Assembly: GCA_963842525.1 (NCBI GenBank)
Contig: CAWJGT010000009.1
Location: 128,001 to 192,000 of the forward strand
Source: an uncultured Holophagales bacterium
GTDB taxonomy: Bacteria > Acidobacteriota > Thermoanaerobaculia > Multivoradales > UBA5704
Length of the DNA: 64,000 bases
Reading direction: 5' to 3'
Shown here: piece after piece, positions 8,695 through 19,931 of the stretch
Layout: the number at the start of each line of letters is the position of its first letter
Numbering within the stretch: position 1 is the first letter of the stretch
The notes under the pieces: generated by a model
Seen by the model: only the letters and a program-made list of their open reading frames with translations
What the model was told of the DNA's origin: nothing
Database searches by the model: none
Made by a program: the position numbers and the translations under genes

Positions 8695-10038
8695 ATGGAT
8701 ATTCTTAAGCTTCTCACAGAAGCTGTTCTGCAGATATTAGTCGGCTATCTTGAGTTTGCCGTGGATTTGTTTAGCCTTCAAGGATTAAGCCCGTACATCC
8801 TCTCTGATAAGGTCAACCCTCGCCTGCTCTCATATTTTATAGTCGGATCGACTATCGCTTATTTCCTTACTAAGGGAAAATCGCTCCCGGGCCTGTCTTC
8901 TTATACAACTAACTCTGAGGAGCGCAGGGCGAGAGATTTGGAAAAATTTGGATTCACAGTCTTCTGGATCTTTCTCTACGCGGCCTCCTCTCACGGCGTT
9001 CTACTCTTGACTAGCAGTCTTTGGCCAGCCGCGAAGATTGGGACCGCGCGCGATACTCTAAATGCCTGGCTGGCGTCGGCTGCAATCATGCTTCCCCTGG
9101 GTGTCATCTCGCTTAGGTTGAGTAGCGCCTCCTCATTATTCATAGCTCAGGGCAAGAAAGAAACGTACAGTGCCTCTGATTGGTTGAATGACAGACCTTG
9201 GATTCCACGCCATGAGCAGACAGCAGGAAATTTGGTAGCTGGAATGGCTTTGCTCGCGCTTTCGCTTTGTATCGACATTGTTATTTTTGTTTACTATGGC
9301 CTGACATTGGCGCGTATGCATCGACTGGAGCCTGTAGTTGGGCTTCTGCCGGGACTGCTGTATTTTTCTGTGGTGGCAGTTGTAGTTGTCATCTTTTGGC
9401 TGAGGGCCGGGTTCGAGAAACGGCGCACGGCAAAAATTATCAGGGCGAGACGGCGCCGCTTTCAAAATCCATATATGCTCACTGGCTCAGGACAAGTAAA
9501 CTCTGCTCAAGAGGTTGGTGCCTCGGAGGTAGACGGAAAGCCAATCAGCGCTTGGATAGAAATCGCAAATGGAGGACACTGCGACCCTCCTGTCTATAGG
9601 AGACGCAATTGGTGGCATCTGCGGAAGGTCTGCATTAAGGAGGCAGCATGGGAGTACGACCTTGCTGCACAGCTCAATGCTATAGAAGCACTTGGCAAAT
9701 CTGAGAGCGAGGAGGCATTGGATTTTCTGTCCACGCTCCTGATATCTGAATCATCGGAGTCGATGGATGCCGACACTATTACAGAAGCGGTGCGTTTTCC
9801 AAGCGCTCGAGGGCCTTTGTATGAGCACCTTTGCTATACCCACTCGGAAAACGAGATGGACTACGATCCTTGGACTGATGAGCAACATCGAGAGCAGCGA
9901 AGTAGAATTCAAGGACATCAAGTTATAAGAGAGGCAGAACTAAAGCTGTACATGCACAGAAAGAACCGCGCAAAGCTTGCGCGGACACGCCCAACCAACG
10001 CCTCCAGCGGACAGTCGGCTTTGCCGTCTGCACGCTAA
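8695..10038 (+). CDS. Gene cassette 1: low-GC membrane protein of unknown function
   Basis: Several TM segments plus a soluble C-terminus; bounded by GTTGGGC and GCCCAAC. Confidence 0.7.
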   Translation: MDILKLLTEAVLQILVGYLEFAVDLFSLQGLSPYILSDKVNPRLLSYFIVGSTIAYFLTKGKSLPGLSSYTTNSEERRARDLEKFGFTVFWIFLYAASSHGVLLLTSSLWPAAKIGTARDTLNAWLASAAIMLPLGVISLRLSSASSLFIAQGKKETYSASDWLNDRPWIPRHEQTAGNLVAGMALLALSLCIDIVIFVYYGLTLARMHRLEPVVGLLPGLLYFSVVAVVVVIFWLRAGFEKRRTAKIIRARRRRFQNPYMLTGSGQVNSAQEVGASEVDGKPISAWIEIANGGHCDPPVYRRRNWWHLRKVCIKEAAWEYDLAAQLNAIEALGKSESEEALDFLSTLLISESSESMDADTITEAVRFPSARGPLYEHLCYTHSENEMDYDPWTDEQHREQRSRIQGHQVIREAELKLYMHRKNRAKLARTRPTNASSGQSALPSAR

Positions 10039-10056
10039 GGCGCCACAGCGTTGGCC
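9989..10056 (+). mobile_element. Integron attC site
   Basis: R'' GCCCAAC ... CTCCAGCGGAC ... CGCTAAG ... R' GTTGGCC; R'' is the exact complement of the upstream core GTTGGGC. Confidence 0.8.
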
Positions 10057-10075
10057 GGTAGATGGGAGTGAATGT

Positions 10076-10981
10076 ATGAGATTGTACAAATACCTCTCTC
10101 CAAGGCGCTGCGATGTTCTTAGCGACCTACATGTCCGCTTCACCCAGGCCATAGAATTCAATGATCCGTTCGACGTCACGCCCGTCATGAAGCAGGTTGT
10201 TCCACTAAGCCCCGTAGCGAAAGATTTAGGGCGGCTTAGTCCGGGAGTTTTAGGGCATCTTGCCGACTTCCTGGGGCATGACGCTATTCCACCGTTGAAA
10301 CCCCGTGTTATCGATATGCCACCGGAACTCTCGCTGACGTTCCAACTAACGTTCGCGGAACAATTTGGTATTCTTAGTCTTAGCGAAGTGCCCACTAGCT
10401 TGCTTATGTGGTCACACTATGCTGATCGGCATCAGGGTTTCGTCGTTGAGTTCGACGCGACCAATGCCTTCTTCGCTAGGCCGACTGCTCGCGCCGGAGT
10501 CGGCCGACTGTTGAAGGTAGAATATGCCCGCGAACGACCTGCGGTTATATTCGATCCCGAAGCGCATGCAGCGGACCCGGAAGCTACCCGAAGCCTGCTC
10601 ATTCGACAGGTCCTACTTACAAAGAGTTCTGAATGGGAATATGAACGAGAGTGGCGAATGGTACTTCCACTCACTGATTCGAAGCTCTACCCGCACAGAG
10701 TCGTGAGCCGGTGTCATCTCTTCCCGCTGCAGCCTGAAGCCATTACTGCAGTTATTATTGGCGCCCGAGCAACAGAAGAAACAAAGGCGGCCATAAAACA
10801 AGCACTCACTTCGAGTGCTATACTTAGACACGTACAAATCAGCCAAGCTCGTATTGATGATAGTCGCTTCGGATTATGCTTCGATGTGGTCACTAGAAAA
10901 GGCAGCGCGGTTGAGCAATCGCCATATACGCGAGCAGGAAACCTTGGTTCGGCCAACCAAGCGGCTCCAGCGGACGGCTGA
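10076..10981 (+). CDS. Gene cassette 2: DUF2971-domain protein
   Basis: LYKY, FNDPFD, LLMWSHYADRHQGFVVEF and TKSSEWEYEREWR motifs. Confidence 0.85.
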   Translation: MRLYKYLSPRRCDVLSDLHVRFTQAIEFNDPFDVTPVMKQVVPLSPVAKDLGRLSPGVLGHLADFLGHDAIPPLKPRVIDMPPELSLTFQLTFAEQFGILSLSEVPTSLLMWSHYADRHQGFVVEFDATNAFFARPTARAGVGRLLKVEYARERPAVIFDPEAHAADPEATRSLLIRQVLLTKSSEWEYEREWRMVLPLTDSKLYPHRVVSRCHLFPLQPEAITAVIIGARATEETKAAIKQALTSSAILRHVQISQARIDDSRFGLCFDVVTRKGSAVEQSPYTRAGNLGSANQAAPADG

Positions 10982-11012
10982 CGCCGCGCGCTGAGCCGCC
11001 ACAGCGTTGGGC
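10951..11012 (+). mobile_element. Integron attC site
   Basis: R'' GGCCAAC, GCTCCAGCG/CGCTGAGC L boxes, R' GTTGGGC; R'' complements the cassette start GTTGGCC. Confidence 0.85.
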
Positions 11013-11354
11013 GTAAAGCACGGAAGTGTCCACATGACACAAGCAGAGATTTCCGGCATCTCACCCTTTGCAGCGGACAGCGCACGGGCGTTCGTCGGCC
11101 GGCAAGGATGCCGGCGCTCCCAGCAATCACGAGTAGGCGGCGCCGACGCGACATGGGCGGGGGTCTACGCGGCGCAGAGGGCACCGGCGCTGTCCGGCTT
11201 TTGGGCGTAGCGGCGGTGATGAAGGGCATGCGTCACACGGAGTCTCTGGCAGTCCGCTGAATTCGCGAGAAAAGCGCGGCTGAAAAACGCCGTGCTCCCT
11301 TTGGGTCCGACGGACCGCCGGACAACGCGGCAGGCGGCTGAAGCTCGCGGCAGG

Positions 11355-11765
11355 TCGATCGGAATTTTCCAGCGCGCCCACGGAAGCGCCGCGCGCTCTT
11401 GGAACCCTCCAACGAGCCGTCGAAAACCGCGGCATGCACTCATGGAATCTCCTCTGCCCGCCGGAAGTCTCCGGCCCGCCGCCGGAGAACCAGGCAGGCC
11501 GTCGAAGGTGCCGGCAGCCCGTTGAAAATTCTCCAGCGCGCCAGCGGAAAACGCCGCTGGCGGCTGGAATTTTCGCCTGGGCCCCAGAATTCTCCAAAGG
11601 CTCCCGGAGTTTTCCGAAGCCCCATTGGAATTCTCCAACGCTGCAGCGGAAAAACTACCGTGGCCCGTTGGAATTCTCCAACGCGCCGCCGGAAAACGCT
11701 GTGCGCCGTTGGAATTTCTGGGAGACGTTGGGTTTTTACCGCGAGCCGTTGGAAAACTCCTCAGC
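11355..11765. repeat. Degenerate ~21-bp-period repeat; best units CGTTGGAATTCTCCAACG (near-palindromic)
   Basis: GGAA...CC units recur at about 21-bp spacing (e.g. 11564, 11585, 11606, 11625, 11646, 11668, 11689, 11709). Confidence 0.7.
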
Positions 11766-11947
11766 TCATCGGAGTGTCCGGAGGACGGCTGAAAAGCTCT
11801 GCGAGCGCACGCGCCTTCGTGTTTCGGCGCAACCGCCCCCGATCCTAGTGGATGCGGACGTCCTCACTCGCGGCGAAGCTCGTCTGTTTCATGCCAGGAC
11901 AGCCGTGGTGTAAGCTCCGCTGAGCTTCGGCGATCCTGAGGCGAACG

Positions 11948-12460
11948 ATGCCTGTCTCGGCGACCAACTCCCAGACCGTCTACGATGCCCTCAAGGCGTG
12001 CGGGATCCGCTTGCTCTCCGTGCTTCCGGAGACCTGGTTGGTGCATCTGGTGAGCCTCGCGGAGGAGGACCCGGAGATGGTCCTGGTTCGCCTGGCAAAG
12101 GAGGAGGAGGGGGTGGGGGTGTCGGCGGGCGCACATCTCGCCGGCATGAAGTCGGCGATGTTGATGCAGAACCATGGCCTCCTGGCGAGCATCAACGGCA
12201 TCGTCTCCCTGGCCCAGCTGTACCGCATCCCCTTGGTGATGGTGGTGAGCCACCGCGGTGGGTTCGGGGAGGAGCACCCGTGGCAGACGGAAGGCGGAGG
12301 CGTCACCGAGCACGTCTTGGACGCTCTCCGCGTTCCCTACCTGGCCCTGGACGCGCCGGAGCATGTGGCCGCGCGCGTCCGTCAGGCCGTCGTGCTCGCC
12401 GAGGCCAGCCTGCGGCCGGTCGCCCTGCTGCTGTGCCGCGGCCTGATGTGGGAGGACTGA
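11948..12460 (+). CDS. comD: Sulfopyruvate decarboxylase alpha-like subunit (TPP PYR domain)
   Basis: KEEEGVGVSAGA, LMQNHG, PLVMVVSHRG. Confidence 0.75.
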   Translation: MPVSATNSQTVYDALKACGIRLLSVLPETWLVHLVSLAEEDPEMVLVRLAKEEEGVGVSAGAHLAGMKSAMLMQNHGLLASINGIVSLAQLYRIPLVMVVSHRGGFGEEHPWQTEGGGVTEHVLDALRVPYLALDAPEHVAARVRQAVVLAEASLRPVALLLCRGLMWED

Positions 12461-13067
12461 TGCTCCGCGTCGACGCCCTCTCCGCCATCTATCCCGAGCT
12501 GACGCGGTGCATCGTGGTCACCAATATGGGGGCCGCGCCGGCCGAGCTGTTCTCCCTCGGACACCAGCCCGGCTTCTTCTATCTCTGGCATTCCATGGGC
12601 CTGGCCTCGTCGGTCGGCCTGGGAATCGCTTTGAGCCGTCCCGAGCTGCAGGTGGTGGTCATCGACGGCGACGGCTCGCTGCTCATGAACCTCGGGAGCC
12701 TGACCACGATGGCCCGGTACCGGCCGGCCAATCTCATCCACATCGTGTTCGACAACGAGGTCCTCCTCTCGGTGGGACGGAGCTTCACCACCGCAACCGC
12801 CACGGGATCGGACCTGGCCGCCATCGCCGCGGCCTCGGGCGTTCCCCGCACCGGCACCTGCCGTACAGAAGAGGAGCTCCAGAGCGCCCTGAGGGAAGCT
12901 CTTGTGGCCCGGGAGCTTTCCTGCCTGGTCGCCAAGGTCGAGCCGCAAGGGCCGGCGAGCTACTTCATCGATCTGCACTTCCTGGAGAACCGTTTTCAGT
13001 TCCAACGTCACCTGCGCAGCCTGGTATCTTCAGCCAGCCCAGCCGGCCCAGCCGAAGGAGACCGCCG

Positions 13068-13071
<4 letters not shown>
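12460..13071 (+). CDS. comE: Sulfopyruvate decarboxylase beta-like subunit (TPP-binding)
   Basis: SMGLA, DGDGSLLMNLG...DN TPP motif; TGATG coupling to comD. Confidence 0.75.
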
Positions 13072-13868
<797 letters not shown>

Positions 13869-13912
13869 ACGGCGGGATAGGTTCGGAATATTTTCCTGTG
13901 GGCCGCCGGGTC

Positions 13913-14887
13913 TCAGCTCGTCTCGTCGATGACCTCGGCGACCGAAGCGGCCACAGCGGCCTTCTCCAGCCAGCGCTCCAGCCGCTCGGCGTCCTTCTGA
14001 GCCAGGATGTGCTCGCGGACGGCATCCGGCACCGCAATGCCGCGAGCCCGCAGCACGGCCAGCAGTCCCTTGGTGAGCCCCTCTTCGCGCCCCTTGGTGA
14101 GTCCCTCTTCGCGTCCCTCTGTGAATCCCTCTTCATGCCCCTCTTCCCTCCCCTGCCGTTCGGCCAGGCTGAGGGCACCGCGGGCATCCTGCTCGGCGAT
14201 CTTCGCACGGTCGTACAGGTCGAGCTCTCCCGCACTGAAACCCGCCATGCGCGCCACCTCGAGCGCCTCCCGGTACGGCGGCACCGATAAGGCCAGCGGC
14301 ACCACCTCCAGGTTCTCCGCTTCCCGGAAAAAGTAGGCCCAGCGGTCGATCGTCCCTTGCGGATCGTTGCCCGATGCGTATTTAGGCAGCTCGAGAAACA
14401 CGTACTGCACCTGAGAAAGACCCAGGGCGCCGCCATGCTGCTCCTGCATCCGCCAACGGCTCAGCATCGGCACCGGCGCCCCACCCCGCACCGCCGGCCC
14501 GGGCCAGAGCAGGAAATCACAGATCGTCACCCCCACTACGTCATCGAGGCCAGGGTAGTCCTCCCCGGTGCGCAGTTGGGTCACATATGCCTTGGACGTG
14601 TTGTAGACCACCCGCTTCTCGAATCCCTCCACGTTGAGCACCTGCATCTCGACCACGTAGTGCCGCCCGCGCTCGTCGAAGCATTTGACGTCCACCAACG
14701 ACAGCTTCAGCTCCTCCACTGGCACGTGCTGCTCGGCGGAGAGGTACTTGAGCTCGACGATCCGATGGTCGCCAGAGAGCTCCAGCAGGGCGTTGAGCAA
14801 CTCGATGAGGAGCGGCTTGTGGACTTCACTGCCAAAGATGCGTTTGAAGACGAAGTCGGTCTTGGGATCCGCGAATACGGGCCGCAT
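13913..14887 (-). CDS. Rpn-family PD-(D/E)XK nuclease / putative transposase
   Basis: DPKTDFVFKRIFG, VDVKC...VEMQ, FLELPK, C-terminal (REEGLTKG)n. Confidence 0.9.
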   Translation of the reverse strand: MRPVFADPKTDFVFKRIFGSEVHKPLLIELLNALLELSGDHRIVELKYLSAEQHVPVEELKLSLVDVKCFDERGRHYVVEMQVLNVEGFEKRVVYNTSKAYVTQLRTGEDYPGLDDVVGVTICDFLLWPGPAVRGGAPVPMLSRWRMQEQHGGALGLSQVQYVFLELPKYASGNDPQGTIDRWAYFFREAENLEVVPLALSVPPYREALEVARMAGFSAGELDLYDRAKIAEQDARGALSLAERQGREEGHEEGFTEGREEGLTKGREEGLTKGLLAVLRARGIAVPDAVREHILAQKDAERLERWLEKAAVAASVAEVIDETS

Positions 14888-15640
14888 CGAGAGATCCTAC
14901 CGCAAGCCGGAGAGGAAAGGCAGGTCCATGCCGGATAGGTTCCCCCAGACTCCAGGCATGCCCCGCACCTGCCTCCTCGGGTATATTGCCCGAAGAATGA
15001 GACCCCTCGTTCTCGTCGTCATCGTTGCCGCTGCTGCCTGCGCCACCACCCCGCAAGCCGTGCGGCCTCCGTCCGCGCCGCCGCGGCTGGCGTGCGTGAT
15101 GCCCGACGGCGATCGCGCCTGGATCGACCGAGCCCTCGAGGCGTGGCGCTTCACGGCGCGCGAGATCACTGGCATCGGCAGCGTGCCCGCGCGGGGCAGC
15201 CAATGGTCGCAGACGGAAGGATTCGCGGTGGTGATGGCCATCGATCGCCTCGCCGGGGCCGGTTGGAAGCGCCACGCCTTCGGCGATGGGGCGAAGACCG
15301 TGCTCGAGATGCTCGACCACGTGCTCGACGCGACGGGCAGCGGCGCAGCCGTCCCGCGCCGGCCCCCGACCCTGGACGTTTGGGCAGTGACTGCCCCGAA
15401 TCCCTGGCCCGGCCCAAAGCCCGCGCTCCCGGGCAGAAAAAGAGTCTTGACAGCCGCAACCGGGGAGCGGTAGTGTGGCGGCAGTTCGCTGGTCCCGTAT
15501 CCCGAAAGGAGGTCCAGAGCCCGGAAAGCCCCCATCCTACCCTCAACAGTGTGTCCGAACTGTCGTTTTCAAACAAGCGGCCCGGAGCAAGGGTTGGCCC
15601 CCTTACCCCAGGCCTACCAACGCAATAGGAGACAAGTCCT

Positions 15641-16132
15641 ATGCGTGGCACCGACGATGGTAGCACCCGGCATCCCTGGAACGCTGCCTTTCACCCCCGC
15701 TTCCTCCAGCTCTTCGGCGAACGCGACGAGCCGCCCACCGCAGGCGAGGCCGACGTGGCCGGACCCTGGCACGTCGAGCCCGTCGGGCCCGCCGGCAACC
15801 ACTTCGGCCTGTTCCGGGCCGGCGAGAGCGCTGCGGCCGGCCACCGGCCCACGGCGGTTTTCATCTCCCCGTTCTACGCCCTGCTCGCCGCCGCCGTCCT
15901 GCCCGGCATCGGCCGGGACCTGGCTTTCCGCCTGAAGACCGAGCCCGACCAGGAAGGCTACGCCGTCCAGAGCCGGGGTGACTGGGGAGAGCCCATCGGC
16001 TGGCTCGAGCTGTTCGACGAGCGACTGAGCGAAGCTCTCCATCTCCCTGACCTTCCTGCTGGAAGCGGCCGGCGCCGTGGCGCTCGACCGCTCCGGCACC
16101 CTGTTGTACGAGCGGGTTGCCGGGCCGCCTGA
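15641..16132 (+). CDS. Hypothetical protein
   Basis: Typical high-GC codon usage and AGGAG upstream; no recognisable family. Confidence 0.45.
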   Translation: MRGTDDGSTRHPWNAAFHPRFLQLFGERDEPPTAGEADVAGPWHVEPVGPAGNHFGLFRAGESAAAGHRPTAVFISPFYALLAAAVLPGIGRDLAFRLKTEPDQEGYAVQSRGDWGEPIGWLELFDERLSEALHLPDLPAGSGRRRGARPLRHPVVRAGCRAA

Positions 16133-16224
16133 GGCGGCGTAGCCCTGTGACCGGGGAGGCGCTTCGCCGCCTCTCCGGTCATGTATGGCCGATGCGAGAC
16201 CTCCTTTAAGCGTAATGATCCCGG

Positions 16225-16379
16225 CGTGCACCGCAGCACTGCAGATGGAGGAGGGCCGAGCAACAATTCGGATTCGTCCCGGAGCTGAGTCGTACGTTGG
16301 AACTACCAGTCATGGGGTCGTCAGCCAGCCTTACGGAGGGTATTCGGGCAGTGTTGTTTTATCAAGTGAAAGCAAGTGA
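16225..16379 (+). pseudogene. LCCL-domain C-terminal remnant
   Basis: CTAA...TIRIRPGAESYVGTTSHGVVSQPYGGYSGS resembles the LCCL consensus. Confidence 0.5.
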
Positions 16380-16407
16380 AAGCACCAGGAGAGGTGCCAG
16401 CCACTTA

Positions 16408-17262
16408 TCAAACCTGCACCTCGGTGCTGCAGTAAAGGTCGCGTCGCCGTTCCAGGTCTGCCTTGACGGCGCGTTTGAGCTCCTTGCTGCCAGGCGGTTG
16501 CCTCAAGGACCGGCAGTAGGCCTCGATGTCGACCGGCTCGACGCGGACGCGGATCGTCTTGAACGGCCGCGGCAGGAACTGGCCGGGGATCTGGACGTGG
16601 TGCAGGCCGCCGCTGTAGGCAAGGAGCATGCGGCCGTTGCCCACGACTTGCAGGATGTCGGCGATGCCGCCGCGAACGGTCATGGGCCGGCCCTCGAGGT
16701 CCAGGCCCGTGGCACGCTTCATCCGGCCTTCCGGGGCGAGCAGGGCCATGCTGTCGGGGCCGATGCTGGAAAGGAACTGCTGCCAGGTGTGATCGCGCTC
16801 GCGGCTGACCGTGACGACGCTGCCGGCAAGGAATCCGAAGAACCTCCCCACAAGCGGGCGCCGCATGGTTTTCGCGGCCGACGGCAGCACGCCGTGCCTC
16901 GCCAGGCGGCGGAGGAAGCGGTTCGGCGGGACGGCGACGAAGAGCCAGTCGTAGAGGCTGGTGTGATTGAGCAGAGCGACGACGCGGACGCCACTCCAGG
17001 GATCGTCCACCGGCTCGCCGACCCAGTGGACCTCGATGCGGAAGAAGGCCCGGCTCAGCGCCTTGGCGCAAACCAGCACGAGGTAGCTCAGGTGCTGCCG
17101 CCACGCCGCCGCCGAGGGCTCCCCACCCGCGCCGGCTCGCGCCGGCTCCGGGCGCCGCGGCGGTGGGCCAGCAACACCGTCCGAGACGTTACTTCGTTCA
17201 CTGTGCATAAATCTATCTAATCGATGGGCCGGCGCAGTGCAGACTTGAGATTCTCGCGTCAT
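16408..17262 (-). CDS. Lysophospholipid acyltransferase (PlsC-like); start uncertain
   Basis: NHTSLYD (HxxxxD) and APEGR motifs. Confidence 0.85.
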   Translation of the reverse strand: MTRESQVCTAPAHRLDRFMHSERSNVSDGVAGPPPRRPEPARAGAGGEPSAAAWRQHLSYLVLVCAKALSRAFFRIEVHWVGEPVDDPWSGVRVVALLNHTSLYDWLFVAVPPNRFLRRLARHGVLPSAAKTMRRPLVGRFFGFLAGSVVTVSRERDHTWQQFLSSIGPDSMALLAPEGRMKRATGLDLEGRPMTVRGGIADILQVVGNGRMLLAYSGGLHHVQIPGQFLPRPFKTIRVRVEPVDIEAYCRSLRQPPGSKELKRAVKADLERRRDLYCSTEVQV

Positions 17263-17441
17263 AGGTTGATTGTTGTCAAGGCGCGAGGGCGGCTCGGGAG
17301 CCGGGCGGCCGTCCTTGCTTGCAAAGCCATAGAGAATCCTTTAGGCTGAATAACGCTCAAGATGGTGAACATTGCCGCCAGACGAGTGCCCAGGTGCTCT
17401 ATCTGAACGGTATCCCTGTCAGCGAGACGGGAGTCGTGGTC

Positions 17442-18515
17442 ATGGGCGATGACGCCGCGATCGGTGAGTTGCCGGAGGACTTGAGGCCGCACGCGGCCAG
17501 GATGAGCTTCGAGTCCACGGTATCGCGCCGGCTGGTACACCGGGATTTCATCGACCACGTCCTATTGACGGACATCCTGCGCCTGGAGGAGGGGCGGTTC
17601 CTCTGCGGTGCGCGCATACCCCAGTCGCACGGCTACTTCAATGAGGGCGGGGGGCCTCACGTCTACAGCAGCATCCTGCTCAGCGCCGAGATGGGGCGCC
17701 AGGCCGGCATTGCGATCTCTCATCAGTTCCTGGGCGTTTCTACCTCCCTCTGCTATATCCTGCGCCATCTGTCGTGCACGCTGGAGAGGCCGGGCCTGAG
17801 CCTGGTGACGAGTCCGCAGATGGCCAATGTCGTGATGGAGATCCGCTTGCGCGACTGCTCCTACCGGCGCACGGGAGAGCTGATGGGCCTGGTCATGGAG
17901 TGCGTCAGCTACCGGGCCGGCGAGCGGATGCAGCACGCCGCCGGCGAGTGGATCTTCGTACCGAGGAAGATCTACGAGAAGCTCCGGAGACAGGCGCCGG
18001 AGGGCCGCGTGAGGAGCAGCTTGCCGCAGCGTCCGGAGCGCATCGAGCCCAGCGTGGTGGGACGCAGCCGGCTCGAAAACATCGTGATCTCCTCCCTCCG
18101 CGAGAGCGCGGAGGGGCTCGTCGAAGCCGATCTCATCGTCGATCCCGGCCATCCCTACTTTTTCGAGCACACGCTCGACCACGTCTCCGGCATGCTGCTG
18201 CTCGAGGGCTGCAACCAGACCGGGACAGCGCTGGCGGGGAGCCGTTGCGGCTGGGCGCCCCGGGAGATCGTCTGTAAGGAGTTCGGAGCCCGGTTCCACC
18301 AGTTCGCCGAGCTCGAGACCCCCGTCAAGCTCGAGGCCCGGTTGAAGACGGCCGGCCGCGCTCCTGGCGCGAGCAACGCTCTCGCGCTGAGCATCGAGGC
18401 GAAGCAGGAAGGATGCCTGCTGGCGGAGCTCTCGCTGGAGATGGCGACCGCGGCCGCCTTCGAGCCGGCTGCCGGCGTCGAGGAGGTCCGAGTGGCGGCT
18501 GGCGGCCGCAGGTGA
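17442..18515 (+). CDS. AfsA/ScbA-like double-hotdog gamma-butyrolactone biosynthesis protein
   Basis: VSRRLVHR...VLLTD, PQSHGYF, EMGRQ, HPYFFEHTLDHVSGMLLLEGCNQ. Confidence 0.85.
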   Translation: MGDDAAIGELPEDLRPHAARMSFESTVSRRLVHRDFIDHVLLTDILRLEEGRFLCGARIPQSHGYFNEGGGPHVYSSILLSAEMGRQAGIAISHQFLGVSTSLCYILRHLSCTLERPGLSLVTSPQMANVVMEIRLRDCSYRRTGELMGLVMECVSYRAGERMQHAAGEWIFVPRKIYEKLRRQAPEGRVRSSLPQRPERIEPSVVGRSRLENIVISSLRESAEGLVEADLIVDPGHPYFFEHTLDHVSGMLLLEGCNQTGTALAGSRCGWAPREIVCKEFGARFHQFAELETPVKLEARLKTAGRAPGASNALALSIEAKQEGCLLAELSLEMATAAAFEPAAGVEEVRVAAGGRR

Positions 18516-19906
18516 GCGTCCAGGGCCCGAACGGCGGGCCGGCCCCTGGCAAGGTCGTCGCGGTCGTCGGCGGTGGCATCTCAGGCATCGCCGTTTCCTA
18601 TTTGCTCCGCTGCCGCGGCATCGCCTCGGAAATCCTGGAGCAGTCCGATGGTCTCGGAGGACGGATCGGGTCCTGCAGGCTGGGCGAGCGCCTGCTTGAT
18701 TTCGGAGGCAAGAACATCGGGCGCCGCTACCACCGGTTCCGCGAGTTCACCACCGCCTGCGGAGACAATCCCTACGAGTACTTCGGAATCAACTCGTCGC
18801 AGGTGCGCGACGGCAGGATCGTGACTTTCGACAGCGGGCGCCGATGGGCGAGCCTGCTCGACCTTGCGCGTCGCTGCCGCCGGCGCGACCTTTTCCGCTT
18901 CGGCCGGATGTGCCTCGCCGTCAAACGGGACGAGCAGAACGGCTATCTCGGGTCGTCCTACTTCGGCGCGCTCGCCGAGCGCTTGGACGATCCGCCGGCA
19001 GGGAGCTACTTCGGCGACGAGCTCTGCCGCCGGCTCGTCCGCCCGATGAGCGTCCGCATGAACGGCGCCGAGCCCGACGAGATCTACCTCGGCAACTTCG
19101 GGAGCAATCTGCGCATGGTGCTCGACAGCTACGACCAGCTCACCTTGGGTATGCAGCGGGTTCTCGAGCAGTTCGAGCAGACGGCTACGATCCACCTGGG
19201 TACGCGGGTCGAGTCTCTGGCCATAGGGGCCGGCCGGGTGGCGGGATTGCGCGTCACGGGCCAGACGGGTATTGCCGAGGAGCGCTTCTACGACGGTATC
19301 GTGCTCGCGACGCCCGCGGTGGCGAGCGCCAGGATCGCGGCTTCCGCCGCCTGCCGCCTGGCCGAGCTGCTGGGCCGCGTTCACTACTTCCCGGTGGCGC
19401 TCATTCTGGCCGAATACGCGCGGGACATCTTCACGCCGCAGGTACGCGCCCTGGTGTTCGACGAGGGAGAGCCACTCAGCAATGCCGGCAGCTACGGGAT
19501 CCACGACCTCAACATCGTCCGCTATACCTTCAGCGGCCGGACGGCGCGGTCGTATCTCCGCGGCGAGGTGGACATGGAGTCTCTTCTCCGCTTGGGCGAA
19601 GAAAGGCTCAACCGGCATATTCCCGTCGACGCCCGGGAACGCCTGTGCTTCGTCGGCCGCCATTTCGAGCTGGGCCTTTGCGCCTATACACGGCATTACG
19701 GGCGGTTTGCCGGCGAGCTGCAAGCGGAGCTTCGCGCTCTCCCCGGGCTCTATCTCTCAGGCGACTACCTCTGCGGTGCCTCGATCGAGGCGTGCTTCCG
19801 AGCCGCCGAGAAGTGCGCTGCGGCCGTAGCCGCCGACCTTGCCGGGCCTTGTTCCACCAAGACCGCGCTGCACCGGACAGCTGGCCTAGCGCCCATCCGC
19901 CGGTGA
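18512..19906 (+). CDS. FAD-dependent oxidoreductase (protoporphyrinogen/amine oxidase superfamily)
   Basis: VVGGGISG, GGR, GDY..GASIEAC; GTGA overlap with the afsA-like gene. Confidence 0.85.
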   Translation: MSVQGPNGGPAPGKVVAVVGGGISGIAVSYLLRCRGIASEILEQSDGLGGRIGSCRLGERLLDFGGKNIGRRYHRFREFTTACGDNPYEYFGINSSQVRDGRIVTFDSGRRWASLLDLARRCRRRDLFRFGRMCLAVKRDEQNGYLGSSYFGALAERLDDPPAGSYFGDELCRRLVRPMSVRMNGAEPDEIYLGNFGSNLRMVLDSYDQLTLGMQRVLEQFEQTATIHLGTRVESLAIGAGRVAGLRVTGQTGIAEERFYDGIVLATPAVASARIAASAACRLAELLGRVHYFPVALILAEYARDIFTPQVRALVFDEGEPLSNAGSYGIHDLNIVRYTFSGRTARSYLRGEVDMESLLRLGEERLNRHIPVDARERLCFVGRHFELGLCAYTRHYGRFAGELQAELRALPGLYLSGDYLCGASIEACFRAAEKCAAAVAADLAGPCSTKTALHRTAGLAPIRR

Positions 19907-19931
19907 GCTCACGAGCCTCAGGAGAATAGCA

